A stretch of 39,841 nucleotides of DNA from Propionibacteriaceae bacterium (GCA_031254155.1 JAIRVA010000011.1:1-39841); one strand, 5' to 3'. Positions 1 to 8,428 are shown, counted from the first letter of the stretch. Program-made: numbers and translations. The notes: a model not told the origin generated them from the sequence alone.

Positions 1-113
1 GCATGGGCTACGGCTTCCGCAACCTCGACAACCTCACCAGCCTCATCATCCTCAAATGCGCAGGACTCAACCTCACCCTCCCAGGACGCCAAACCACCCA
101 CACAACCTCATGA
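1..113 (+). mobile_element. 3' end of a transposase gene (ISL3-family-like C-terminal tail); the rest lies left of the window
   Basis: Frame 3 reads MGYGFRNLDNLTSLIILKCAGLNLTLPGRQTTHTTS* and ends at TGA 111-113. The ..YGFRN..N......L..GG....LPGR tail matches what I recall of actinobacterial ISL3-type transposase C-termini. At 37 aa it is too short for the ORF track. Confidence 0.45.
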
Positions 114-123
114 AGCCTCAGAA

Positions 124-1023
124 AACGTCGCGGGCTACTCCTTCCATTTCGACGAGACCAACCCGCACGTCCAGTTGTTTGCAGTGCCGCTCGACCCTCA
201 GGGCCGGTTGCGGACGAAGAGCTTCGTCGGGGCGGACTCGATGGCCGCGTCGAAAGCCCGGTACTCCGCGCTGCACGATTCAATGCGCCGTCGCCTCCAG
301 GCCGCCGGGTACGATGCCACCATGGACCGGGTCGACGGCGGGAAGAAACATGTCGGCCTGGCCGAGTACAAACGGCAAAAGGATCAGGACAAGGCTCGAG
401 AGGCCGTATTGGCCGAGCGGGCCGCCGAACTCGACGCGACAACCCGGTCGGTTGACGCCGAACGGGCCAAAGCCGCCGACGTGATCATCCAGGCGACACG
501 GGAGGCCGACGTGATCAAGGACGAGGCGCGCCAATGGGCGCTCCAGGGCATGCGGGACGTTCGCGCCCACGTCCAGCAAGCCACCACCGCCGCGGACGCA
601 GACCGGGCGGCCGCCGCCCACGACCGTCACGAAGCCGCCGAACGCCTGGCCCGGCTTGACGCTCTCCGCCGGGAAGGCGAGACCCTGCTAGAACAGCAAC
701 AAGCCACACGATCCCCGTCCGACACCGAACTGGCGACGTTAATGGCCGACGTTCCTCAACGCTTCATCGCGCACGTCAACACCCAGCAAAACAAGGACCC
801 GAGCAGGCCAAAAGACTCGTTCTTGCGACAGTTCCTCCGGTTTGCGTGTGACCAGTACGAGCGGGCCCATCGTGCCATGGCGCTCAAACCGGCCTTCGCC
901 GACTGGCTGGCCAAAACCCGTCAGGCCGTGCACGCCGAGAGACAAGTCGAATTTCGACAGATGATCGACTCGGACCAGCAGGAGCAGGCGGCGCTGGTCG
1001 GCAGCGTTGACTGGGAACGTTGA
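124..1023 (+). pseudogene. MobV-family (Mob/Pre, MobM-like) relaxase, 5'-truncated remnant
   Basis: Frame 1 becomes relaxase-like only from about nt 127. VAGYSFHFDETNPHVQLFAVPLDPQGRLRTKSFVG...GGKKHVGLAEYKRQK parallels pMV158 MobM [30 protein letters not shown]...SEAKHKTVAEFKR (HxDE..PHxH motif; the last His is Gln here). The N-terminal ~120 aa with motif I and the catalytic His is absent and is replaced by the transposase tail. The C-terminal Ala/Glu/Arg coiled-coil is typical of MobV. The ORF track lists the ATG-delimited part, 175..1023. Confidence 0.7.
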
Positions 1024-1081
1024 GCCCGGATGCACTCCCTACGAAACCAAGACAACGAGATATGTATATGGAGGATTGATT

Positions 1082-1318
1082 GTGTATAACCAGCGTACCT
1101 GCCCGGCATGCGGCAAAACGTTGCGCAATGGGAGCTGTCCCTCTTGTCGTGACGACCCGCAGCTAGAATTGCTCTACCCGTGGCCCGGCCGCATCACGGG
1201 GGCAACGGGCTACCCGCATGAGCCTGCGCCAGCCCGGCGTCCGTCACCATCGATCCTGCTACGGTGCTACCTCCCGGCCCCGCCGGAACGGGAAGACGAC
1301 CCCGGCCCTGAACTATAG
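1082..1318 (+). CDS. small zinc-ribbon-like hypothetical protein
   Basis: GGAGGA (1070-1075) lies 6 nt upstream of GTG 1082. The product has a CPAC-x9-CPSC cysteine pair and mostly G/C third positions. No family recognised. Confidence 0.3.
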   Translation: MYNQRTCPACGKTLRNGSCPSCRDDPQLELLYPWPGRITGATGYPHEPAPARRPSPSILLRCYLPAPPEREDDPGPEL

Positions 1319-1472
1319 ACCCCGCCGCGAGGGAGTGTATGGGGGACGACTCAGGCGATTGGCCTGGCAAGTCTGTGAGACTGTTGTCACCCCTGGTGCT
1401 CAATACCGGACTGGACTGTTTTGGGAACTATTCTCTGGACCGGTGTGTTTTTAGCATACTCTTATTATGTGG

Positions 1473-2708
1473 TTAGGGGCACCAGCAGTATGGCGTGTCG
1501 GAGCCGGGAACCGCTTTGCACTGAGGTTGTGCACCACTTAGGCATTTGCCGCTATTAGCGTTACCACTGCCTACACCTCCTGAGACGCCATTACCGGGGT
1601 TGCTAGACCCACCTGAGCCGCCGGAGGATCCCGACGAGCTGTGCGAACTGGAACTAGAGCTGGAGCCCGATCCCGATGACTTCGAACTGGAGCCGGATGA
1701 CTTCGCCGGGCTGGTGTTCGCGGCCTGCTGGCGCTGGCGTTCCGCCTCGGCGGCGGCTGCCGCGGCAGCCGCGTCGGCGTCCGCTTTCGCCTGTTGCGAC
1801 GCCTGGACGGCTGCTGTGGGCGCGTCGAAGGCGGGGAGGGCGGCCGTCAGGGCGTCGGTGCTGGCCTGGGCCTCGGCGGCCGTCCGCAGGTCGGTGAGCG
1901 ACCAGAGGCCGTTCACCTGGAGGACGGCCTGGGCGGCGTCGATGACGGCGCTGAGCGCCTGGCGGGTCGCGTCGTCGGCCACCTGGCCCTCGCTCGTCTG
2001 GAGCAGGCCCGTGGCGTTGCCGACCGCTGTTTCCAGGGCCGTGGCGGCCGCGTCGTGGTCGGCCTGCGTGGCCGCCTTCTGCGCCGTGGCGAGAGCCGTC
2101 GCGAGGGCGGCGACACCGGCCTGGAAGCGGTCGTGCTGGCCGGTGAGCGTCTGCAGGAAGTACTGCGCCTCTTGCGCCGTGATCATCGCCGTGGCGGGGA
2201 TGTCTGTGGCCGTGAGGTAGTCGGGGAAGCTGACACTGGGGTTCTTGTCAACGACCTTCGTCTTGGCCGCGTCGGTGTACAGCGTGGTCCAGGCGTGGAG
2301 TGTGGCGTCTTGCGCCACAAGCGCGGTGAACGCGGTGACCGCCGGGTCGTCCGTTGCGAGGACGACGGACTGCCACGGGTGGGCGTCGGCGGGCAGGTCC
2401 GCGGGAACCGTGGTGACGAAGCCGGTTTGGCGCGGGGCGTCCGCGACATCCTGGGCGAGCACGTCGTCGGCGGCGACGATCTGGTCGTACAGGTCCGCGT
2501 CGGCCTTCTGGAGCGAGGGCGGGCGGGTGACCAGCCAGACAGTCAGGGCAGCCGCGGCGAGCAGGGCCAGCACGACGGCGGCGATGACGATGGTGAGCAT
2601 CTTCTTGTTGGCGAACAGCTTTGTGATGCCGGTGGCGGCGTTCGTCGTGAGAGTGGTGGTGGTCATGGTGTGTTTGCGCCGCCCGTCAGCGACGCTCCCC
2701 CTTTTCAT
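1473..2708 (-). CDS. membrane-anchored Ala-rich protein with Ser/Gly low-complexity tract and Cys-rich tail
   Basis: 411-aa ORF with one N-terminal TM helix (IVIAAVVLALLAAAALTVWLV) and a long Ala-rich helical region. It carries an SSGSSSKSSGSGSSSSSSSHSSSGSSGGSGGSS tract and ends CLSGAQPQCKAVPGSDTPYCWCP. The overlapping + strand ORFs look like high-GC shadows. The start could instead be the ATG at 2669. Confidence 0.6.
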   Translation of the reverse strand: MKRGSVADGRRKHTMTTTTLTTNAATGITKLFANKKMLTIVIAAVVLALLAAAALTVWLVTRPPSLQKADADLYDQIVAADDVLAQDVADAPRQTGFVTTVPADLPADAHPWQSVVLATDDPAVTAFTALVAQDATLHAWTTLYTDAAKTKVVDKNPSVSFPDYLTATDIPATAMITAQEAQYFLQTLTGQHDRFQAGVAALATALATAQKAATQADHDAAATALETAVGNATGLLQTSEGQVADDATRQALSAVIDAAQAVLQVNGLWSLTDLRTAAEAQASTDALTAALPAFDAPTAAVQASQQAKADADAAAAAAAAEAERQRQQAANTSPAKSSGSSSKSSGSGSSSSSSSHSSSGSSGGSGGSSNPGNGVSGGVGSGNANSGKCLSGAQPQCKAVPGSDTPYCWCP

Positions 2709-2809
2709 TGATTTTGGTAATGAACAAGCCGATACTACAGGAAGTTATTAGTTCTAGTGGAAATGATGAGTACCTGGTACGCCTAGCTTCTACCTAGCAG
2801 GCTGGGAAG

Positions 2810-3058
2810 GTGACTGATCCTCTCAAGCGCAGCCTGGGCCGAAACCTCCGCTCTTGGCGTTTGGCAAGGGGTTTCACGCAGGAGAGGCTAGCCGAGCAAC
2901 TGGGTGTGACGCCGAGGTATCTTGCCGGGATCGAGCGTGGCGAACGAAACTTGACGCTTGACTCGATCGACGCCTTGGCCACGCAGCTCGGCGTGGACAG
3001 CATGGTCCTGCTCACCGGTACCGCGGCCACCTCGGCCGTCCCGGATCAGGCGTCGTAA
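2810..3058 (+). CDS. XRE-family helix-turn-helix transcriptional regulator
   Basis: LRSWRLARGFTQERLAEQLGVTPRYLAGIERGERNLTLDSIDALATQLGV is a textbook Cro/C1-type HTH. GTG start with GGGAAGG adjacent. Confidence 0.85.
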   Translation: MTDPLKRSLGRNLRSWRLARGFTQERLAEQLGVTPRYLAGIERGERNLTLDSIDALATQLGVDSMVLLTGTAATSAVPDQAS

Positions 3059-3291
3059 CGCCGCCGTGCCGACTCCGGGGTGATGCTCAACGCCGCCGCG
3101 ACGGCGGTCCACGATACCCCTTCAAACGTCGCAACCTCACGCGCGTGACGGGTGATCGCATCCTCAATCGCGTCCCGCAAGATTGCGAGGTCCCGTAATT
3201 CCGCCTCGGCCAACGACACTTCCGCCCCTGGTCGGTCGACCCACCAGCGGAACGCCACAACGTGATCGCGGGCAGCAGTTTCGGCATACAC
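3046..3291 (-). CDS. small HTH protein, second gene of the ardA operon
   Basis: GTG start at 3291 with AAGGGGAG 6 nt upstream, and 12 nt after the ardA stop. The C-terminal GVSWTAVAAALSITPESARRRY is an HTH of the same type as in the 32742..33026 gene. Confidence 0.55.
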   Translation of the reverse strand: MYAETAARDHVVAFRWWVDRPGAEVSLAEAELRDLAILRDAIEDAITRHAREVATFEGVSWTAVAAALSITPESARRRYDA

Positions 3292-3303
3292 GTTGTCTCC
3301 CCT

Positions 3304-3846
3304 TCACATCACCCGGAACACGAAAACCCCGCCATCGGGCGCGGTCTCAACCGTGTAGTCGAACTCCAGGTCGCGAGTCCACGCATCCCAGTCGAAATAT
3401 CTACTGACATGGTCGGGGACGTCGTCGAGCAGCCCTATGTCGTCGGCCAACTGTTCGGCGTACTCTCCGAACGACCCCCAAGTACCGCAGAACCGTTCTT
3501 CGAACTCGGCCACACAGGGCAGGCCGTCGCGGTCCACGACGAAACCGCCGGTGGCGATCCACGCGACAAACGCGGCCCGCTGGGCCTCTCCCAATTCGGC
3601 GATCCGGCGGGCAAGCCTTGCCACCTCTGCTGGTGAACTCTCGCCCCGTGTAGGCAAACCCTCGTGGTCACCGACCCACATCTCCTCATGCGTTCCCGCA
3701 GTGATCGGCTGGCCGTGCAACGCCGACGAAGTCACCAGGTCAGCTGACTCAGCGGCATACCATCCGCCCACAAGCAAACCGTTGCTGGAGCACTCCAGGC
3801 AGCCGAGCCACACTTGCGGGGTCGTGTCAGAAGCTAGTGTTGTCAT
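3304..3846 (-). CDS. ardA: ArdA-type antirestriction protein
   Basis: VWLGCLECSSNGLLVGGWYAA (ArdA hallmark vyvgcLaaYNnG.L.G.Wida), ..EEMWVGDHEG.. and a C-terminal YFDWDAWTRDLEFDY (YfDyeafaRDl). The ATG at 3846 is preceded by AAGGAGAAAC. The longer ORF-track start (4011) has no support. Confidence 0.85.
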   Translation of the reverse strand: MTTLASDTTPQVWLGCLECSSNGLLVGGWYAAESADLVTSSALHGQPITAGTHEEMWVGDHEGLPTRGESSPAEVARLARRIAELGEAQRAAFVAWIATGGFVVDRDGLPCVAEFEERFCGTWGSFGEYAEQLADDIGLLDDVPDHVSRYFDWDAWTRDLEFDYTVETAPDGGVFVFRVM

Positions 3847-4272
3847 TATGTTTCTCCTTGTCACTCGTGAGGAGCGACCGGTGCGGCGGGCAGTCGTGCT
3901 CAAGGTGAATGTGGCGCCGCACCGCCGCACCACGCCGCTCCCAGTGCTTCCCCGGCCGCGCCCCTGCGCGGCTCCCAGGCAACTGTGACGGTGGCTCCTC
4001 CAACTGTTCAAATCGACAGCATTTGGTACGTAGCCGCTTGCATGAAACCCGCAAAGCTCAGGTTATGCGCCTAGTTGACGAGCCGCGAAAGGGGCAAGCG
4101 GTTTCGTATCGCCTGTGGTGGGTGCCGTCGACAACTCGGTTGTGACCCGGAGTGTGCGAAACCCATCATTACGAAAACGCTGAGTTTACGTGGCCCGAAC
4201 CCTGTAAACTTAACGGGCAAGTAACAAGAGGAAGTTCGGCGTCACGCGCCGATGGAGCTGAAAGGAAGGATC

Positions 4273-4548
4273 ATGTCGAACATGGACAACAGGTGCCTGG
4301 TGTGCCGGGAAATCCTACTTGTCAACTTTTGTTGCCCGAAGTGCGACAAGGGAATGCTGGCCAAGTCCTACCCACGACTCCCACGCGAACCCGGGGAAGT
4401 ACGCCCAAGGCGCCCGCAATTGCCCCCACTCTATGATCCCGATCTTGCCATGCCGTCGCCGAACACGTCTGGTCTGCGTAACTCGACGATGGGAAATCCC
4501 GACCAGAGTGGAGATGAGAGCTCTGACAAACGCACGATCTCGACCTAG
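4273..4548 (+). CDS. small CxxC-x10-CxxC zinc-ribbon hypothetical protein
   Basis: AAAGGAAGGA lies immediately upstream of ATG 4273. The product has CLVC...CPKC and G/C-rich third positions in this frame. It competes with antisense ORF 4315..4779. Confidence 0.3.
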   Translation: MSNMDNRCLVCREILLVNFCCPKCDKGMLAKSYPRLPREPGEVRPRRPQLPPLYDPDLAMPSPNTSGLRNSTMGNPDQSGDESSDKRTIST

Positions 4549-4751
4549 CCACTGAATCTTGTTGCCGCGCTGAGAAGCACTCAGGGCGGACCGCCCGAGC
4601 CAGGCACACAAATTCTGATACTGTCGCGGTATGAGCCAGAAGAAGTACCGGGTGTCTGGTAGCTCAACGGTGTATTCCCACCATGCGGCCACCAGTTGCG
4701 CCCTCGTGGGTATGTATTCTGACTGTCCCCGAAATGAACGGAGCATACAGC

Positions 4752-5441
4752 ATGACCCCGACTGACTGGATGTCCGCAATCAGCGAACTAGTCACAGCCG
4801 CTCTCACTGTCTTGTTGGTGGTGGCAGCGTTCGTTGCCTGGAGGACTGCGAAACAGGCACTGAATGAGTCTCAACGGGCGAGCCTGGCAGCCGCAGAAAG
4901 CGCAAAAGCGGCGCAGAAGGCCAATGAACAAGCACAAGTAGATAGCGTTCGGCAGACGCGCCCCTATGTTTTTGTTGAACTGGTGCCAAGTCTGGCCGGT
5001 GTTGGATGCTTCGACATTCGTATTGTCAACGCAGGTAAATCGTCGGCCAAGCACCTCCGACTAACCAGTGACAGATGGCCAGACCCAATGGATCAAGTAG
5101 CGATAGCTGTCAAACGCCTCTTCGATACGCCTCGCACACTCCCACCGCGATGCTCTATACGCTCGTTCTGGCGACTGACTCCTACGGGATCTCCTAGCTT
5201 CGCCGATGGCAGCACGGAAGTCGGTATGCCCGCTGAGGCAACCACCATCGGCGTGACCTACAGCGACGACGACGGCAACCCTAGGTGCTACTCCGACAAC
5301 TACTCCCTGATGCTGGAGGACTCCGGGCTGTGGCCGGCTCCTGGCAGCGGGCCTGACGGGGTAGGACTAAAAGGGGATGTTCGCAAGTTTTACCTGCTTG
5401 GCCAAGCAATTGCTCGACATGTTGCTCATATCGCGAGGTAA
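4752..5441 (+). CDS. membrane-anchored hypothetical protein
   Basis: ATG 4752 has GGAG 8 nt upstream. N-terminal TM helix (LVTAALTVLLVVAAFVAW), then a soluble domain with no family recognised. G+C is lower than in the core genes. Confidence 0.55.
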   Translation: MTPTDWMSAISELVTAALTVLLVVAAFVAWRTAKQALNESQRASLAAAESAKAAQKANEQAQVDSVRQTRPYVFVELVPSLAGVGCFDIRIVNAGKSSAKHLRLTSDRWPDPMDQVAIAVKRLFDTPRTLPPRCSIRSFWRLTPTGSPSFADGSTEVGMPAEATTIGVTYSDDDGNPRCYSDNYSLMLEDSGLWPAPGSGPDGVGLKGDVRKFYLLGQAIARHVAHIAR

Positions 5442-5766
5442 CAGCAGGTCACCCGTGTTGCATTGTCGGTATCTCTTCGGCTCTACTACGCTTGTTCCGT
5501 TTGGGCTACCACGTCGGACTGCTGGACTCTGGGTGTGGTCTCACATGCTCGCATAGTGGGGCGGGTTGGTCCGTTCAGTTCGACGTGCTGAGGACAGATT
5601 GGCTCACTCCGGCGAAACTGTGCGCGTGAAGGAGGTGTGAGTGCGACCCCGGAACTGTGCAATGCGTTCCAAGGAGTAGATTGCCGAACTCGAATATTGG
5701 CACAATATTGGCATGCGGTCAGATCGACTCATTATCGTTGCTTGTCAAAGTATATACTGTGACTGA

Positions 5767-5789
5767 TTCAAATCCTGTCACCCCGACCA
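5767..5789 (+). other. tRNA 3'-end-like fragment (T-loop, 3' T-stem, 3' acceptor strand, ACCA); possible att scar
   Basis: TTCAAATCC TGT CACCCCG A CCA has canonical tRNA spacing: T54-T55-C56-A57-A58..C61, a 7-nt acceptor strand, a discriminator and CCA. The 5 nt before it match a T-stem partner at only 3/5 positions. No 5' acceptor strand (CGGGGTG), D arm or anticodon arm lies upstream, so it is not an intact tRNA. Confidence 0.35.
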
Positions 5790-6190
5790 GAGGTTCAGCG
5801 TTTGAACTCTGTGACATGCACGCGCCAAACCGAGTTTCTGGAACTGTCGTTTCGTCGCATCTATTGTAGTGGAAGCGGTTGTTGTCTCGTTTTGGGGCGT
5901 TGATGTCGCATGAAGCAGTTTTTGTTCTCAGCGCGTCGTCTGGCGTGTTTTTGACTTTGTTTGGTGTGCCTGGGTCGTTTTCGCGAGTGATGCTGCGCTG
6001 GGGTGTCATGCGCCTTGTCAAAGAGTTTGCAGGGTGTCGCGATGGCAGGCACCAAGCTCGGCGAGTTCGTGGTTTTGGGCGGAGACGCGCCCGGTCGCTG
6101 TCGTACAGGCGTTGGTAGAGGTGACCCAACGGGGTGCAGTCTGCCTGCTCGTTCACGTATCAGGGTCGGGCCTTGGCCGGGTTGACACCG

Positions 6191-7009
6191 CTATTGTGGT
6201 CGGTAACTCTTCGCGCTGAGCAGGTCTTGTGCGAGCAGGGCGACGCTCTCGGCCACGGCGGCGGGGTCGCCGACCATCCGTTCGGCCGCGCCCGCCAGGA
6301 CTGACCCCGGCGCGTCGGGCCGTCCGAACAGGCCGGCGAGATAGCTGAGCGCATCCAGCGTCACCGGTGCGCTCAGCGGCACGGAGAGCAGCCGGTCGAC
6401 CCCTTCGACAAACGCCGCTGCGCCGATGGCCCGTAGCAGGCGGTACACGTCGTGGGCGTCCTTGTTGTCCCGCCGCGACGGCGTCTCGATCCGGTCATGG
6501 AGCTTGTGGAGCTTGGCAACCAACAGTGCCGTCGGGCCTGCGACCGCGACAACGAAGGCTCGGGAGTCCACTGCGGGGTCAAAGGCCGTGATTGTCATCC
6601 TGGAGCTGTCGACCAGGGCAGCCTCAATGCCGCGCGCCCGGCGCATCGTCTTCGAACCATGGGGTGGTACCCTGACGCCGCGCCGTCCCGTACCTGCGAC
6701 CGCGTCGGGAACCATCAGATCAACCGACACGCCACCGGGCGAGATCCAGGTGCCGACGGCACTGTCGCGGGGGTCCGGTGTGAAGCCCGCCTGGCGCATC
6801 GCGTCCTCGATCAGCGGCTCCGCTGTCAGCAGGTCGGGGTCGACCGCGAGGTCGGCGTCGGTGGTGTACTCGGCCAGGGCCACTGCTATCGAGCCGGCGC
6901 GCAGGTAGATCGCCTGCGCGCCGATGAGTACGAGCGCGTTCAGGTGTGGTTCCAGCGCGCCCAACGCGTCCAGCAGCCCCGTCCGGGCCATCGTCACCGC
7001 GTCATTCAC
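6191..7009 (-). CDS. nucleotidyltransferase-fold protein (AbiEii/MNT-like toxin candidate)
   Basis: NTase signatures LIGAQAIYLR, TTDADLAVDP (DxD) and VDLMVP, plus a C-terminal AKLHKLHDR...RRDNKDAHDVYRLL resembling AbiEii-type proteins. GTG 7009 overlaps the upstream gene's stop by 8 nt. An alternative ATG lies at 6991. Confidence 0.7.
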   Translation of the reverse strand: MNDAVTMARTGLLDALGALEPHLNALVLIGAQAIYLRAGSIAVALAEYTTDADLAVDPDLLTAEPLIEDAMRQAGFTPDPRDSAVGTWISPGGVSVDLMVPDAVAGTGRRGVRVPPHGSKTMRRARGIEAALVDSSRMTITAFDPAVDSRAFVVAVAGPTALLVAKLHKLHDRIETPSRRDNKDAHDVYRLLRAIGAAAFVEGVDRLLSVPLSAPVTLDALSYLAGLFGRPDAPGSVLAGAAERMVGDPAAVAESVALLAQDLLSAKSYRPQ

Positions 7010-8081
7010 GACGCCACCTCCCTTCGTTGGCCTTCATCCAGTCGATCAAGAACTCACCCTCGGCGGGTTCACGGCCCGGACCGGACAACAAGTCGACCGC
7101 CACCTGAGCCGGGGCGGCGACCGGATACCCCGCCTGCGACGCGACTGTGTTGACGAACGGCACATCCCTCACAGAAGCGGGCTCCAGCAAGATAACGTTC
7201 GGGGCGGCCACGTTGGGTCGCAGTGCCCATTGCTCGGCGGCCTCCTGGATCGACGACACATACACGTAGGCCGCCTTGGCTGGAGCGTACGGCGCCCACT
7301 CCCGAGCCGCGAACGACCCCGTCACCGCGCACGGGAACCCCCACTCCCGGCCGGACAAGGTCGCAAGGAAATGGTCGACACCTCTGGGTTCGATGAACGC
7401 CATCGCGCGAGTGGTCTCTGGCGTCGGCGCGTCGGCGCTCCACAGACGAAGCAGCCGTTCCCAATCGGTCAGCACGTACCGATCATCAGTCTTGACGACC
7501 AGGTCTTCCCGTTGGAGGAAATCCAACACCCGGTACGTCGCCCCACTCGACGCGCCAGCGGTCGCGATCAGGTCGCGGGCGCGCCAATCCCGCCGGTAGT
7601 CGAGCAGCGCGCGTGTGACCCGGGCAGCCGGTTCGCCCTTGAGCGTCCCGCGCGGTCTGCCTTGTCGCCATGGATCACGGTCCTCACCCCGGTCCGCGAT
7701 GAACACGGCTGGATCATTCACGACGATGCGCAGGTTCCCGGTGGCATCCACGTACGACACACCCTCGTTCGCGAGCGCCTCCCGTACCGACGGTGACAGG
7801 TAGCGGGCAGCGACGACCGGTACGCCCCCACACCTGACAGCCCAGCCCCGGACCTGGCCGACCAGACGTGGTACGTCGCGGCGCTCGACGAACTGCCTAA
7901 CCTGGACGACCAGCCGTGTGGACCGTCCGTCCGGAGCCTTGATCGTGATGGCCAGGTCCGGCCCCGACAGATCGCCCGGAGTATCAGTGGTTGCTGCCCA
8001 GCCGACGGGGAAACGCTCCCCCACTAGGGCAGCGACACGACGCTCGACCTCGGCCGCCGTGGGCACAGTGGCTGGCGCCAT
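7002..8081 (-). CDS. partner of the NTase: wHTH regulator/antitoxin-like protein with PD-(D/E)xK-like N-terminal region
   Basis: ATG 8081 has GGAGG 8 nt upstream. The N-terminus GPDLAITIKAPDG..RLVVQVRQ resembles a restriction-endonuclease-fold core. The middle ARVTRALLDYRRDWRARDLIATAGASSGATYRVLDFLQREDLVVK is a winged helix. The C-terminal AAPAQVAVDLLSGPGREPAEGEFLIDWM resembles AbiEi C-terminal domains. Confidence 0.55.
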   Translation of the reverse strand: MAPATVPTAAEVERRVAALVGERFPVGWAATTDTPGDLSGPDLAITIKAPDGRSTRLVVQVRQFVERRDVPRLVGQVRGWAVRCGGVPVVAARYLSPSVREALANEGVSYVDATGNLRIVVNDPAVFIADRGEDRDPWRQGRPRGTLKGEPAARVTRALLDYRRDWRARDLIATAGASSGATYRVLDFLQREDLVVKTDDRYVLTDWERLLRLWSADAPTPETTRAMAFIEPRGVDHFLATLSGREWGFPCAVTGSFAAREWAPYAPAKAAYVYVSSIQEAAEQWALRPNVAAPNVILLEPASVRDVPFVNTVASQAGYPVAAPAQVAVDLLSGPGREPAEGEFLIDWMKANEGRWRRE

Positions 8082-8428
8082 CGGGTACACCTCCGTTCGT
8101 GTACTGGGATCTTCCCGCTGTCAGCGGAATACTCCACTTTCCAGAACACTATACTGTGTGTTCGCGAAACTCTACTAATCCGCCGTCAGCGGGTTCGGTG
8201 GCTTCTCCGAACGCCTTTGCCGAAGCCGCCCCGCAGCAACTGGCATCCCGTGGTCATCTCTTTGTCATGCAAAACCACCCGGGAGAACCCGGTTTATGGG
8301 CTGTAGGTGTGAGTCATGTCGCATGTTTGTGGGTGGTTGGTGTTGGGCGTATCATGGCGTGAACTGGTGTCGGTGCCGCCCGATCGGCTTTTGAACCGAG
8401 GCCTCTGGTTCGACAGGAGGGTGCGGCG

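Noticed and set aside
4315-4779. 154-aa minus-strand ORF overlapping the small zinc-ribbon ORF and reaching into the start of the 4752 gene.
   Set aside because: No family was recognised. Both of its ATG starts collide with the divergent 4752 gene. The 4273-4548 part shows third-position G/C bias in the + frame instead. A shorter GTG-initiated version (~4700 downwards) cannot be excluded, so the region stays ambiguous.
5697-5713. TTGGCAC-N4-TTGGCA resembles a sigma-54 -24/-12 promoter (TGGCAC-N5-TTGC).
   Set aside because: The -12 element is TGGC rather than TTGC. Actinobacteria are not known to encode RpoN. The match is a by-product of the tandem AATATTGGCA repeat.
5719-6156. 145-aa minus-strand ORF, plus small + strand ORFs (5657..5869, 5879..6118, 6003..6185, 6034..6219), in the A/T-enriched spacer.
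   Set aside because: They have no RBS, no codon bias, and odd composition (Arg/Thr/Asn/Pro-rich). They also run across the tRNA-like fragment. I treated the region as non-coding.
8271-8295. AAAACCA-CCGGG-AGAA-CCCGG-TTT hairpin resembling a bidirectional terminator.
   Set aside because: The stem is only 5 bp, and it lies between two divergently transcribed genes (starts at 8081 and 8429), where a terminator makes little sense.
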